Source of the DNA: Vicinamibacteria bacterium
GTDB taxonomy: Bacteria; Acidobacteriota; Vicinamibacteria; Marinacidobacterales; Marinacidobacteraceae
DNA: 64,000 nt
Assembly (NCBI GenBank): GCA_963668695.2
Contig: CAXXLQ010000004.1
Coordinates: 1,312,001-1,376,000 of the forward strand
Reading direction: 5' to 3'
Under the pieces are notes generated by a model. The model did not search any database. It was not told where the DNA came from and saw only the letters and a list, made by a program, of their open reading frames with translations. The position numbers were made by a program, and so were the translations under genes. Shown here in pieces: positions 10,325 to 20,267 of this stretch. How positions within the stretch are numbered: the first letter of the stretch is position 1; every line of letters starts with the position of its first letter.

Positions 10325-11014
10325 CAGCCTGTGGCAAAACCCACACGGCGTTCGACCGGCGATCCATCCCGGCCAAACAGCCTGTGATGAAACCCGCGCG
10401 GCCCAGTTCTCCCGGTGGGGGCTCGGCCGGCGATCCATCCCGGCCAAACAACCGGTGATGAAACCCACGCGGCCCAGTTCTCCCGGTGGGGGCTCGGCCG
10501 GCGATCCATCCCGGCTGAACCGCGTCGCTTTCGCGCCGCTCATCGTTGCGCTTCGGTCGGAATACACTCGGTATTCTTCCCTCACGCGCCTTGTCAGCCG
10601 GGCCCCCACCGGGAGGACTGGCCCCACCGGGAGAACTGGGCCTCACCGGCCTCGGCGCTCACATGGGTTCCACCACCGGCTGTTCACCGCGTCGCTGCGC
10701 GCCGCTCATCGTTGCGTTTCGGTCGAAATACACCCGGGCCAGTTCTCCCGGTGGGGGCTCCTCCCTCACGCGCCTTGTCAGCCGGGCCCCCACCGGGAGG
10801 ACTGGCCCCACCGGGAGAACTGGGCCTCGCCGGCCTCGGCGCTCACGCGGGTTCCACCACCGGCTGTTCACCGCGTCGCTGCGCGCCGCTCATCGTTGCG
10901 TTTCGGTCGAAATACACCCGGGCCAGTTCTCCCGGTGGGGGCTCCTCCCTCACGCGCCTTGTCAGCCGCGCGCCTCGCCGGTCTCGGCGCTCACGTGGGT
11001 TTCACCACAGGCTG
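10325..11014 (+). mobile_element. Expanded modular MITE (family A), 690 bp
   Basis: TIRs CAGCCTGTGG...CCACAGGCTG with TTAA on both sides (the left one is the trpA stop); internal tandem modules. Confidence 0.85.
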
Positions 11015-11036
11015 TTAACGGCGAAAGGAAAGAACC

Positions 11037-12041
11037 ATGCTGGTCATCATGGGGGCGGCGCCCACCGAAGAGCAATGCCGGCGCGTGGAAACCGCGATCC
11101 GCGACATGGGATTCGCGCCGCTCCGGGTTCCGGGTGCCGACCGGACCGCCATCTGCGTCACCGGGAATCGTGGGCCCGTGGACCCATCGTTCCTGGTCCG
11201 GCTCCCGGGCGTTGCGCGCTGTATTCCGGTCACCAAGCCCTTCAAGCTGGTCAGCCGCGAAGTGCATCCGGCGGACAGCGTCGTGGAGGTTGCCGGCGTG
11301 ATGGTGGGCGGCCCCGACGCGGTGGTGATTGCGGGACCCTGCAGCGTCGAAACCGAGGCCCGCACCGTGGGGATCGCCCGCGCGGTCCGAGCGGCGGGAG
11401 CCGACCTGTTCCGCGCTCGCTTGTGGTCGGAACGGGTCGGCCCCTACCACTTCGGCGGTGTGGGCGACGAGGGCCTGCACACTCTCGATCGGGTCCGGGA
11501 AGAGACGGGACTTCCGGTCGTTTCGGAAATCGTGGATCCGCGTTCCGCGGAGCGGGTCGCCGAACATGTAGATCTGGTCCAGATCGCCGGCCGGCATATG
11601 GAGAACGAAGCCCTGTTGGAGATCGCCGCCAGCCTCCCGAAGCCGGTCATTTTGGAACGTGGTCCGTCGGCAACGGTCGAAGAGTGGCTGATGGCCGCGG
11701 AATCCCTCTTGGCCCGACAGAAGCGGGACGTGATCCTGTGCGAACGGGGAATCCGGACTGGGGGCCAGCGGCGCACGCTCCTCGACCTCCACGCGGTGCC
11801 GGTGGTGCGGCGCACTTCGCATCTGCCGGTTTTGGTGGACCCCTCGCATGCAGTCGCCGAGCGGGACCGGGTTCGACCGCTGGCCCGCGCTGCTCTCGCG
11901 GCCGGCGCATCCGGACTTGCGATCGCCGTGCATACGCATCCCGATACGGCCTATACCGATCCGCGCCAGACTGTGGACATTCCGACCTTGGAAGGGATCT
12001 TCCGGGATCTCCGTACGATTCGGGATCTCGAGCGCCTTTGA
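11037..12041 (+). CDS. Type I-beta DAHP synthase homolog with N-terminal regulatory domain and degenerate active site
   Basis: IAGPCSVE, LCERGIRT and DPSHA are retained, but KPRTS>SERVG, LKRG>LERG and IEVH>IAVH. Confidence 0.85.
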   Translation: MLVIMGAAPTEEQCRRVETAIRDMGFAPLRVPGADRTAICVTGNRGPVDPSFLVRLPGVARCIPVTKPFKLVSREVHPADSVVEVAGVMVGGPDAVVIAGPCSVETEARTVGIARAVRAAGADLFRARLWSERVGPYHFGGVGDEGLHTLDRVREETGLPVVSEIVDPRSAERVAEHVDLVQIAGRHMENEALLEIAASLPKPVILERGPSATVEEWLMAAESLLARQKRDVILCERGIRTGGQRRTLLDLHAVPVVRRTSHLPVLVDPSHAVAERDRVRPLARAALAAGASGLAIAVHTHPDTAYTDPRQTVDIPTLEGIFRDLRTIRDLERL

Positions 12042-12070
12042 AGCACTTCCACTTTCGACCTCCCGGCTGG

Positions 12071-12467
12071 CAGCCGGTGGTGAAATCCACGCGGCCCAGT
12101 TCTCCCGGTGGGGGCTCGGCCGGCGATCCATCCCGGCCAAACAGCCTGTGATGAAACCCGCGCGGCGTTCGGCCGGCGATCCATCCCGGCTGACCGCGTC
12201 GCTGCGCGCCGCTCATCGTTGCGTTTCGGTCGGAATACACCCGGTATTCCTCCCTCACGCGCCTTGTCAGCCAAGCGCCTCACCGGCCTCGGCGCTCACG
12301 CGGGTTCCACCACAGGCTGTTCACCACTCCGCTTCGCTCCGTTCTGCGTTGCGTTTCGGTCGCAATACACTCGGGCCAGTTCTCCCGGTGGGGGCTCCTC
12401 CCTCACGCACCTTGTCAGCCGGGCGCCTCACCGGCCTCGGCGCTCACGCGGGTTCCACTACAGGCTG
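12071..12467 (+). mobile_element. Expanded MITE (family A)
   Basis: CAGCCGGTGG...CTACAGGCTG followed by CTAA; same modules as 10325-11014. Confidence 0.85.
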
Positions 12468-12473
12468 CTAACG

Positions 12474-13361
12474 ATGACCGAAAACTCCTCCCCCGCTCCG
12501 GACCCCGGCGAAGTCTCTTTCGGCCGGACCCTGCTGCAGTTCTTCGTGATCCCCATGCTGGTCGTGGTACTCGGCGTCGGGATCTTCCTCGGGTTCGCGT
12601 GGCTGGTTTCCGACGACACGACCGCCCAGGAACACCTCCAGCGAATCCGTTCCGGGGGACACCGGGAGAGGAGGCAGGCGGCGTTCGAGCTCGCAAACCG
12701 GATTCAGCGTGGCGAGCCCGGGGAATTCGGCGCGCTCGGCCCCGACCTGGTGCGAGCTTTCGGAGAGGCGCAGGCACCGGCGGATCCCTGGGTGCGCCAA
12801 TACCTCGCGCTGGCGCTTGGAACGCTCTCGGAGCCCACCGCCGTTCCCGTCTTGACGGAGGCGCTTGCCGATCCGGATGAAACCGTGCGGGTCTATGCCG
12901 CCTGGGCGCTCGGTTCCATCGGTGGGGGAGCCGCGGTTTCGGCGCTTGGCGAGGCCAGCCGGGCCGACGATGCGGGGCTGCGGACCATGGCGGTCTATGG
13001 GCTCGGCGCGATCGGCGATCCGGCGGCCGCCGCCACTTTGAGTCGAGCCGTCCAGGATCCGGTCCTCGATGTCTCCGTGAACGCCGTCGTGGCGCTTGCC
13101 CGAATCGGAGACGAGGCGGCGGCGGAGCGGCTCCTGGGGATGATGGAACCGGAATACTGGGTGGGCGTCCCGGGAATGCTGGAAGGCGAAAGGATCCTGG
13201 CGCGGCTGAGTGCGGTTCAGGCGGCGGGCGTCCTCGAAACCCCGGTCGTCCGGGCGCGGCTCGAGGAGGTGGCGGCGGGCGATCCCGACCTGCGAGTCCG
13301 GGCGGCCGCGCTCTCGGCTCTCGCTGCCGAAGGTCGGCGACCCGGTGGGCCGCGTCCGTGA
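12474..13361 (+). CDS. Membrane-anchored HEAT/PBS-lyase-like repeat protein
   Basis: N-terminal TM helix FFVIPMLVVVLGVGIFLGF; repeats VRQYLALALG, VRVYAAWALG and LRTMAVYGLG. The upstream part of the tracked ORF is MITE sequence. Confidence 0.85.
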   Translation: MTENSSPAPDPGEVSFGRTLLQFFVIPMLVVVLGVGIFLGFAWLVSDDTTAQEHLQRIRSGGHRERRQAAFELANRIQRGEPGEFGALGPDLVRAFGEAQAPADPWVRQYLALALGTLSEPTAVPVLTEALADPDETVRVYAAWALGSIGGGAAVSALGEASRADDAGLRTMAVYGLGAIGDPAAAATLSRAVQDPVLDVSVNAVVALARIGDEAAAERLLGMMEPEYWVGVPGMLEGERILARLSAVQAAGVLETPVVRARLEEVAAGDPDLRVRAAALSALAAEGRRPGGPRP

Positions 13362-13452
13362 CCAGGGCGGCACGCGCGGAAATCCGTGAACCGATTCTGA
13401 GAGCCTTCCGTTAGAATTCCGCGCCGATCCCCCACCCCTCTGAATCCAGCCC

Positions 13453-14016
13453 ATGCCTGAGCCTCCGGCGAGTCCAGCAATCCAGTCGGCCCGTGCGCCG
13501 GCCTCCAAACGAGCCTCCGCCGCCGCCAAAAAGGTCACCCGCCGGGAATTCCCTTTTCTGGCCATCGGCTGGGCTGTTTTCACGGCTGCCATGGCCGCCG
13601 GGCTCACCGCCGTGGGCCGGTTCATGTTCCCGAACGTCCTGACGGAGCCGCCTTCGGAGTTCAAGGCCGGCTTTCCGGCTGACTTCTCGATCGGGGTGGT
13701 GGATACCCGTTTCAAGGAGCGCTACCAGGTGTGGATCGTCCGGGACGAGGAAAAGATCTACGCCCTCTCCACCATCTGCACCCACCTGGGATGTACGCCG
13801 AACTGGCTCGAGGCCGAGAGCAAGTTCAAGTGTCCCTGTCACGGGAGCGGGTTCTACGTGACGGGGATCAACTTCGAGGGCCCGGCGCCCCGCCCGCTGG
13901 AACGCGTCGGCGTGAGCCTCGCGGAGGACGGCCAGCTGCTCATCGACAAGTCGCGCCTTTTCAAGTTCGAAGCGGGCCAGTGGACCGATTCCGCCTCGTT
14001 CCTTTCCCTGACGTAA
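13453..14016 (+). CDS. Rieske iron-sulfur subunit of Rieske/cytochrome b complex
   Basis: CTHLGC and CPCHGS boxes; Tat-like TRREF followed by a TM helix; GPAPRPL. Confidence 0.96.
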   Translation: MPEPPASPAIQSARAPASKRASAAAKKVTRREFPFLAIGWAVFTAAMAAGLTAVGRFMFPNVLTEPPSEFKAGFPADFSIGVVDTRFKERYQVWIVRDEEKIYALSTICTHLGCTPNWLEAESKFKCPCHGSGFYVTGINFEGPAPRPLERVGVSLAEDGQLLIDKSRLFKFEAGQWTDSASFLSLT

Positions 14017-14017
14017 G

Positions 14018-14187
14018 CAGCCCGTGAACCAAGTAGCCCGGCATTCGAGCGGCGATCCATCCCGGCTGAACCGCTTCGCTCTGTGTTCCGCTTCGGTCGG
14101 AATACACTCGGTATTCCTCCCGAATCGCGCCTTGTCAGCCGGGCGCCTCACCGCTCTCGGTGCTCGGGCCTCCTGGTCCACGGACTG
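14018..14187 (+). mobile_element. Degenerate single-unit MITE (family A)
   Basis: CAGCCCGTG...CACGGACTG followed by CTAA; internal CGGTCGGAATACACTCGGTATTCCTCC core; begins 1 bp after the Rieske TAA. Confidence 0.75.
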
Positions 14188-14210
14188 CTAAGGCAAGCGA
14201 AGGGGGCGTC

Positions 14211-15011
14211 ATGTTGAACCGCATCGTCGCTCCCCTCCGCGCCGCCTGGAAGGAGGCGACCGACTCGCAGGTCTGGACTTCCATCTTCCGGCACGGCAAA
14301 CCGGTCAGCAACCGGAACCGGGCGCTCGTGATGATGAGCAACGTGTTCCTGCACCTGCACCCGGTCAAGTCCCGGAAGGCGGGCATCAAGCTCCGCTACA
14401 CCTGGTGCATGGGGGGGATCACCTTCTTCCTGTTCCTGACGCTGACCTTCACCGGTCTGCTCCTGATGTTCTACTACCGGCCCACCGTGGAGTACGCCTA
14501 TGCGGACATCGTGGACCTTCAGGAGCACGTGCCGCTCGGCATCATGCGGGAACTCCACCGCTGGGGCGCGCACGCGATGGTCATCACGGTGTGGCTGCAC
14601 ATGCTGCGCGTCTTCATGACCGGCTCCTACAAACCGCCCCGCGAGTTCAACTGGAGCATCGGGGTGGTCCTGCTGGTGCTCACCCTGCTCCTCTCCTTCA
14701 CCGGCTATCTCCTGCCCTGGGACCAGCTCGCGATCTGGGCGATCACGGTCGGCTCGAATATGGCGCGCGCCACCCCGCTGCTAGGAACGGAAGGTCCGTT
14801 ATCGGCGTCCCTCACCCTGGGGGACATCAATCTCATCAACTCGGGGAACGACGCGCGCTTCGCGCTGCTGGGAGCGCGATCGGTGGGAGCGCCCACCCTG
14901 CTCCGCTTCTACGTGCTCCACTGCGTCGGGCTGCCGCTGATCGTGGCCTTCCTGATGGCGGTCCACTTCTGGCGCGTCCGCAAGGACGGGGGCATTTCGG
15001 GGCCCATGTAG
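14211..15011 (+). CDS. Cytochrome b6-like (N-terminal half of split cytochrome b)
   Basis: WCMGG (heme ci Cys), [38 protein letters not shown] and the C-terminal GISGPM. Confidence 0.96.
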   Translation: MLNRIVAPLRAAWKEATDSQVWTSIFRHGKPVSNRNRALVMMSNVFLHLHPVKSRKAGIKLRYTWCMGGITFFLFLTLTFTGLLLMFYYRPTVEYAYADIVDLQEHVPLGIMRELHRWGAHAMVITVWLHMLRVFMTGSYKPPREFNWSIGVVLLVLTLLLSFTGYLLPWDQLAIWAITVGSNMARATPLLGTEGPLSASLTLGDINLINSGNDARFALLGARSVGAPTLLRFYVLHCVGLPLIVAFLMAVHFWRVRKDGGISGPM

Positions 15012-15084
15012 CGCCCGTGGAAAAAGCACCCCGCACTATGCCCAGGACGACACGCACGCCGAGTCTGTGGGTTCATTCTGCGTG

Positions 15085-15205
15085 CGGGGCACCTTTCCCA
15101 CGGGGTGATGGCGCGAATCGCGTAGCGATTCGCGCCATCGTCTCTTGTGGGGAGGGAAAACCCCTCCCCACACCCTTCGCCCGCGGTGCTTCGCGCCGCG
15201 CACGG
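15085..15205 (+). repeat. Palindrome-rich dispersed repeat (family C), copy 1
   Basis: Hairpins GATGGCGCGAATCGC-GTA-GCGATTCGCGCCATC, GTGGGGAGGG-AAAAC-CCCTCCCCAC and GCGGTGC-TTC-GCGCCGC; homologous to the reverse complement of 43830-43940. Confidence 0.7.
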
Positions 15206-15288
15206 ACGCAGGCCGACTCTCGCCGCTGCCCGGTAGGCGGGGACCCGTTCGCTCGGAACGGATTTCCTGAAAGAAACGAACTGAGACA

Positions 15289-16410
15289 GTGATCGGCCTC
15301 TTCAAGGACCTCGTGAACTGGGCCTCCGGGCCCACGGTCCTGTTCTCGATCACGACGATCGGCCTTCTGCTCGCCTTCCGCTTCACGAAGGTCTGGAGCC
15401 GGACCGCCGCCAAGGTCTTCTTCGCGGTGCTTGCGGTGTTCTACGTGGCGAGCATGTGGGATTCCAACTTCTTCCTGATCGTCGCGAAGGCCGACAACAT
15501 CCCGATCACCGGGGTCATCTTCATGGTCTTCTTCTTCACTTGGTACGCGATGTACCAGGGGATCGAGAACGACAAGCGGAGCGCGGGAAAAGAAGAGGTT
15601 CTCGAGAAGAAGGAGTCCGAAAAGGTCTGGGTGTGGCCGGATCTCGTTTACACCGAGATGCTGGCGATGGTGCTGCTCAGCATCGTGCTCCTCGTCTGGT
15701 CCATCCTGGCGGCGGCCCCGCTGGAGCAGCCCGCGAACCCGGCGGATTCTCCGAACCCCTCGAAAGCCCCCTGGTACTTCCTCGGGTTGCAGGAGATGCT
15801 CGTCTACTTCGATCCCTGGCTTGCCGGGGTGGTGTTCCCCACTCTCATCATCGTGGGACTCATGGCGATTCCCTACATCGACGTGAACCCGAAGGGGAAC
15901 GGGTATTTCACTTTCAAGGAGCGGAAGGCGGAGATCGTCATCTTCCTGTTCGGGTTCTTGATCCTCTGGTGTCTCCTGGTCATTTCGGGCACCTTCCTCA
16001 GGGGGCCCAACTGGAACTTCTTCGGTCCCTATGAGTACTGGGACGTGCACCGGGTGGAACCGCTCCTGAACGTCAACGTCTCCGATTTCTTCTGGGTAAA
16101 GCTGCTCGGACGGCCCCTGCCGACCGGAGGCTTTGTCGCCGCGCTCATGCGGGAATGGATCGGGCTCGTGATGGTGGGGGTCTACCTCTTCGTGCTCCCG
16201 GTGGTGTTGTCCTGGCCGAAGGAGCGGTTCCCCACCGGGCTAAAGTGGCTGAGCTTCCACAAGTACTACGAAAAGATGGGCGGGCCCCGTTACTACATCG
16301 GGGTCAGCCTCTTCCTGATGATGATGAGCCTGCCAATCAAGATGTATCTGCGGTGGGCTTTCAACTTGAAATACATCGTCGCATTTCCCGAAATTTTCTT
16401 CAACATCTAG
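15289..16410 (+). CDS. Cytochrome b subunit IV-like membrane protein with extra TM segments
   Basis: VWPDLVY..E, APLEQPANP..SPNPSKAPWYFLGLQE and IPYID..P motifs. Confidence 0.9.
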   Translation: MIGLFKDLVNWASGPTVLFSITTIGLLLAFRFTKVWSRTAAKVFFAVLAVFYVASMWDSNFFLIVAKADNIPITGVIFMVFFFTWYAMYQGIENDKRSAGKEEVLEKKESEKVWVWPDLVYTEMLAMVLLSIVLLVWSILAAAPLEQPANPADSPNPSKAPWYFLGLQEMLVYFDPWLAGVVFPTLIIVGLMAIPYIDVNPKGNGYFTFKERKAEIVIFLFGFLILWCLLVISGTFLRGPNWNFFGPYEYWDVHRVEPLLNVNVSDFFWVKLLGRPLPTGGFVAALMREWIGLVMVGVYLFVLPVVLSWPKERFPTGLKWLSFHKYYEKMGGPRYYIGVSLFLMMMSLPIKMYLRWAFNLKYIVAFPEIFFNI

Positions 16411-16422
16411 GCAACTTTTCCC

Positions 16423-19230
16423 GTGTCCAAAGTCGCTCCCGGCCACGCTCACGACATTTCGAAGCTGAACGTCATCTTCGCCGTCTCGAGCGTTTTCCTG
16501 CTGTTCGCAACGGTGTGGATGATCTGGTTCGACTACTCGCGGGAATGGAAGGGCTACCAGCGTCAGTTCGTCCAGATGGAGCGCGATCTCACCGTGCGCC
16601 AGATGCAGGAGGCCCAGCAGGCCATCAGTCAGGCGGACTTCCAGCGCGTCCAGGCCGAGCTTCAGGAGGCGGAAGCCGCTTTCGCGACCCAGCAGGCCGA
16701 GTTCGGAGCCCTGGAGGCGGAGATCTCCGCCCTGGATGACCGCCGCACTCTGGCCGATATCCGCGAGCGCGAGATCAAGGCCGTCTACGACTCGGACAAG
16801 TTCTACTACGAGGAGACGCGGGAGCGAGGCACCCCTCTCGGCCGGGCCGTTGGCGACGACGAATTCCAGGCCCTCGAGACGGGCTTGTTCGAGGCCCGCG
16901 ATCTTCGGATTTCGCTCGATTTCGATCTGGCGGAAAAGAGGGGAGCACTACGCGAGCGCCGGGCCGTCGTGACGGAACTGAGCGGAGAGCGGGAACAGCT
17001 GACGCAGGCCGTAACACTCGCCCGCCGCAAACTGGATTCGATCGCCCCGAGCCTCCCGAACACCTTCCGGAACCTCCCCGTCGTCGACTTCATCGACCCC
17101 TCCATCCAGGTCCGGCAAGTGCTCGTCCGGAATGTCACCGAGGAGCTCAACTTCGCCCAGGTTCCGCGGATCGACCGCTGCCAGACCTGTCACCTCGGGA
17201 TCGACAACCCGGATTACGCGGACGCGCCCCAACCCTTCACGGCCCATCCGAATCTGGAGACCTTCGTAAGCCGGGAATCGGATCATCCGGTGGACGACTT
17301 CGGCTGCACCTCTTGCCACCTGGGTCGCGGCCGCAAGCTGTCTTTCAGCGGGGCCACCCACACCCCCGAGTCGGTGGAAGAGGAGCACGACTGGGTCGAG
17401 AAGTACAACTGGAAGGAAGACCACTACTGGGACAACCCGATGTACCAGGCGGGTCTCACGGAGGCCGGTTGCATCAAGTGCCACCGGGACCAGGTCTTCG
17501 TCCCGCGGGCCGAGGATCTCAACCAGAGCCGGATGACCTTCGAACTCGCCGGCTGCTGGGGTTGTCACAACACGACCGGCTACGAGGACTTGCGGAACCG
17601 CGGTCCCTCGCTGAAGCGGATCGCCGACAAGACCGATCGTGATTTCGTGGCGCGCTGGGTGCGCGACCCGAAGGCGTTCCGGCCTTCGACCTGGATGCCC
17701 CGCTTCTGGAACCTCGACAACAACCCCGACTCCGAACTCAAGAGCCGCAACGACACCGAAGTGGCCGCGATCGTGGAGTACGTCTTCGAGAATTCGAGCG
17801 ATGAAGCCGACTACAGCGCGCCCCCGCGGGGGAACACCGCCCGCGGTGAAGTGCTCGTGAGCGAAGTCGGCTGCCTCGGCTGCCACCTCATCGACGAGAA
17901 CGGGTACGACCAGATGAGCATCTACCGCCGTCGCGGTCCGGCCCTGACCGGCACGGCTACCAAACTGGACGCCGGCTTCGTCTACGAATGGGTGAAGAAC
18001 CCCCGGCACTACTGGGAAGAGACCTTCATGCCGGACCTCCGCCTCACCGATCAGGAGGCGGCCGACATCACTGCCTGGCTCATGGGGCGGGAAGCGACGG
18101 ATTTCGGCGCCGCGGAGGTGCCCGCGGCGAACGCCGGGCAGCTCGATGAGATCACTCGCGAGTTCCTGAAGACCGGGCTGCCCGACGCCATGGCCGCCGA
18201 GCGTCTCGCCGGGATGTCGGAGCAGGAGAAGCTCCTCTATTCGGGAGAACGGCTGATCCGCCGCTATGGCTGTTTCGGGTGCCACGAGATCGGCGGTTTC
18301 GAGGATGCTCAGAAGATTGGCGTGGACCTCTCCACCTGGGGATCCAAGATGGTCACCCGGCTCGACTTCGGCTACGTGGACATTCCGCACGCCCGTCAGT
18401 CGTGGCTGGAGCAGAAGCTCTCCGCCCCTCGCACCTACGACCGGGGGAAGGTGAAGAGTCCGGGCGAGAAGCTCCGCATGCCGCAGTTCGGCTTCACGGA
18501 CAGCGACCGGCAGCACGTCGTCCGGAACGTTCTCGGCCAGGTGCGGGATGAGTTCCCCCAGGAAGGGGTCAAGACCCTCACGGCGGCGGAAGCCATCGCC
18601 GAGGACGCCCGCCATCTCATCCACGACTACAACTGTCGCGGCTGCCATCTCATCGACGGAGTCGGGGGTGGGATCTACGAAACGATCGAGGACACCGGAT
18701 TGCGTCCTCCCAACCTGAATACCCAAGGAAAGAGAACGCAGGCGGACTGGCTCTACCACTTCCTTCAGGACCCCAGCGAGGTGCGGTTCTGGCTGAACGC
18801 CCGGATGCCCAGCTTCAACTTCACCAACGAGGAAGCGAACACCCTGATCTCCGGATTCCTGGCGATGGACGGCGCCCAGCCGTTCGACGACGAACAGGAT
18901 CGGATGTACGACCGGGAGGAACTTCGGGTCGGCGCGCAGCTCCTCGACCAGCTCCAGTGCGAGCGTTGTCACATCGCCGCGGCTGCCGGCATCATGGAGG
19001 CCTCGCAGCTTGCGCCGTCCTTCCGTCTTTCGGGAGAACGGCTCACCCACGACTGGATCGTGGACTGGCTGCTCGATCCGCAGTCCGTTACCCCGGGGAC
19101 CCAGATGCCGCAGTTCTGGCCGACGGATCAGGAAGGCAACCGGCTGACGGCTCTCCCGGACATTCTGGATGGAGACCCGATGGCGCAGATGCGCGCGGTC
19201 GCCTCCTATCTGATGAACTACGACCGTTAG
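16423..19230 (+). CDS. Membrane-anchored octaheme cytochrome c
   Basis: Eight CxxCH motifs (CQTCH, CTSCH, CIKCH, CWGCH, CLGCH, CFGCH, CRGCH, CERCH); N-terminal TM helix and a long coiled-coil-like segment. Confidence 0.93.
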   Translation: MSKVAPGHAHDISKLNVIFAVSSVFLLFATVWMIWFDYSREWKGYQRQFVQMERDLTVRQMQEAQQAISQADFQRVQAELQEAEAAFATQQAEFGALEAEISALDDRRTLADIREREIKAVYDSDKFYYEETRERGTPLGRAVGDDEFQALETGLFEARDLRISLDFDLAEKRGALRERRAVVTELSGEREQLTQAVTLARRKLDSIAPSLPNTFRNLPVVDFIDPSIQVRQVLVRNVTEELNFAQVPRIDRCQTCHLGIDNPDYADAPQPFTAHPNLETFVSRESDHPVDDFGCTSCHLGRGRKLSFSGATHTPESVEEEHDWVEKYNWKEDHYWDNPMYQAGLTEAGCIKCHRDQVFVPRAEDLNQSRMTFELAGCWGCHNTTGYEDLRNRGPSLKRIADKTDRDFVARWVRDPKAFRPSTWMPRFWNLDNNPDSELKSRNDTEVAAIVEYVFENSSDEADYSAPPRGNTARGEVLVSEVGCLGCHLIDENGYDQMSIYRRRGPALTGTATKLDAGFVYEWVKNPRHYWEETFMPDLRLTDQEAADITAWLMGREATDFGAAEVPAANAGQLDEITREFLKTGLPDAMAAERLAGMSEQEKLLYSGERLIRRYGCFGCHEIGGFEDAQKIGVDLSTWGSKMVTRLDFGYVDIPHARQSWLEQKLSAPRTYDRGKVKSPGEKLRMPQFGFTDSDRQHVVRNVLGQVRDEFPQEGVKTLTAAEAIAEDARHLIHDYNCRGCHLIDGVGGGIYETIEDTGLRPPNLNTQGKRTQADWLYHFLQDPSEVRFWLNARMPSFNFTNEEANTLISGFLAMDGAQPFDDEQDRMYDREELRVGAQLLDQLQCERCHIAAAAGIMEASQLAPSFRLSGERLTHDWIVDWLLDPQSVTPGTQMPQFWPTDQEGNRLTALPDILDGDPMAQMRAVASYLMNYDR

Positions 19231-19340
19231 TCCTGCTTCCATGAGCCGTAGTTGCCAGCGCGGTCAGGATCGCCAAGGGAGCCGTGCCGGAGCGCCTTCG
19301 CCAGCAGGCTTCCGCCAGCAAACCTCAGGAGAAACGTCCA

Positions 19341-20210
19341 ATGGCTGATGAACCGAAGGCGCGCACCGGTGGTCTCGAGGGGATCGCCATGGCGGTCGCC
19401 ATCTGGGCGATCGTCCTGGTCTCGTCGCTCTACTTCCTGCGTTACGACGTGCCCGAGCTGGCGTCCGACCGCGGCTACCTGGACAACCTCTACTACGTGA
19501 TCCTGGGGATCACCGGCGCCGCCTACGTTCTGTTTCAGGTCGCCCTCGGGTACTTCATCTACCGCTATCGCGGGGACCGGCCGGGCGCCGAATCGAGCTA
19601 CTGGCACGAGAGCCACAAGCTGGAACTCACCTGGACGATCGGCACCGCGGTCATCCTCATCCCGATCGTCTTCACCGGCCTGATCTATTGGGATCGGGTC
19701 AGGTCTCCGGCGCCGGAGGATGCGGTGACCGTCATGGCGGTCGGGGCGCAGTTCCAGTGGGATTTCCACTATCCGGGCGCCGACGGTCAGTTCGGCCGTT
19801 TCGATCCGACCCTCTACGCCATCGACAACCAGGTCGGCCTCGACGAGGCGGACTCCGCGGCCGCCGATGACTGGGTGCTGACCAACCAGCTCGTCCTCCC
19901 GGTGGACCGCCCGGCCCGGATCCTGCTGCGTTCGAAGGATGTCCAGCACGCATTCTTCCTCCCGAACTTCCGGGTCAAGCAGGATCTGCTCCCGGGAATG
20001 GCCACCGAGGTCTGGTTCACCCCGATCAAGGCCGGCAGTTACGAGGTGGCCTGCGCCGAACTCTGCGGGCTCGGCCACTACCGAATGCGGGCTTTCCTCG
20101 AAGTGATGGAAGAGCCCGACTACCAGCAGTGGCTGGCAGAGAACGCGCCGGCGACCGACGTGGCCGCGGCGGTTCCGGCGGCGAGCGATCCGGCGCCGGC
20201 GGCGCAGTAG
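19341..20210 (+). CDS. coxB: Cytochrome c oxidase subunit II
   Basis: CuA ligands DVQHAF...CAELCGLGHYRM; LELTWT; start MADEPK follows AGGAG. Confidence 0.96.
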   Translation: MADEPKARTGGLEGIAMAVAIWAIVLVSSLYFLRYDVPELASDRGYLDNLYYVILGITGAAYVLFQVALGYFIYRYRGDRPGAESSYWHESHKLELTWTIGTAVILIPIVFTGLIYWDRVRSPAPEDAVTVMAVGAQFQWDFHYPGADGQFGRFDPTLYAIDNQVGLDEADSAAADDWVLTNQLVLPVDRPARILLRSKDVQHAFFLPNFRVKQDLLPGMATEVWFTPIKAGSYEVACAELCGLGHYRMRAFLEVMEEPDYQQWLAENAPATDVAAAVPAASDPAPAAQ

Positions 20211-20267
20211 CGGCGCAAATCAGAGCAATCGAAGCAGCGGACCCCACCAACGGACTGGAGAAAAGCG

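Noticed and set aside
10325-11014. Repeat arrays (also 25227-26004) as CRISPR
   Set aside because: No unique spacers, irregular period, terminal inverted repeats and no cas genes.
10308-12471. Many ORFs running through the MITE arrays, including the N-extension of 12108-13361
   Set aside because: They translate repeat modules that recur at other loci and show no transposase motifs.
16948-19242. 764-aa minus-strand ORF
   Set aside because: Antisense shadow of the octaheme cytochrome with no recognisable motifs.
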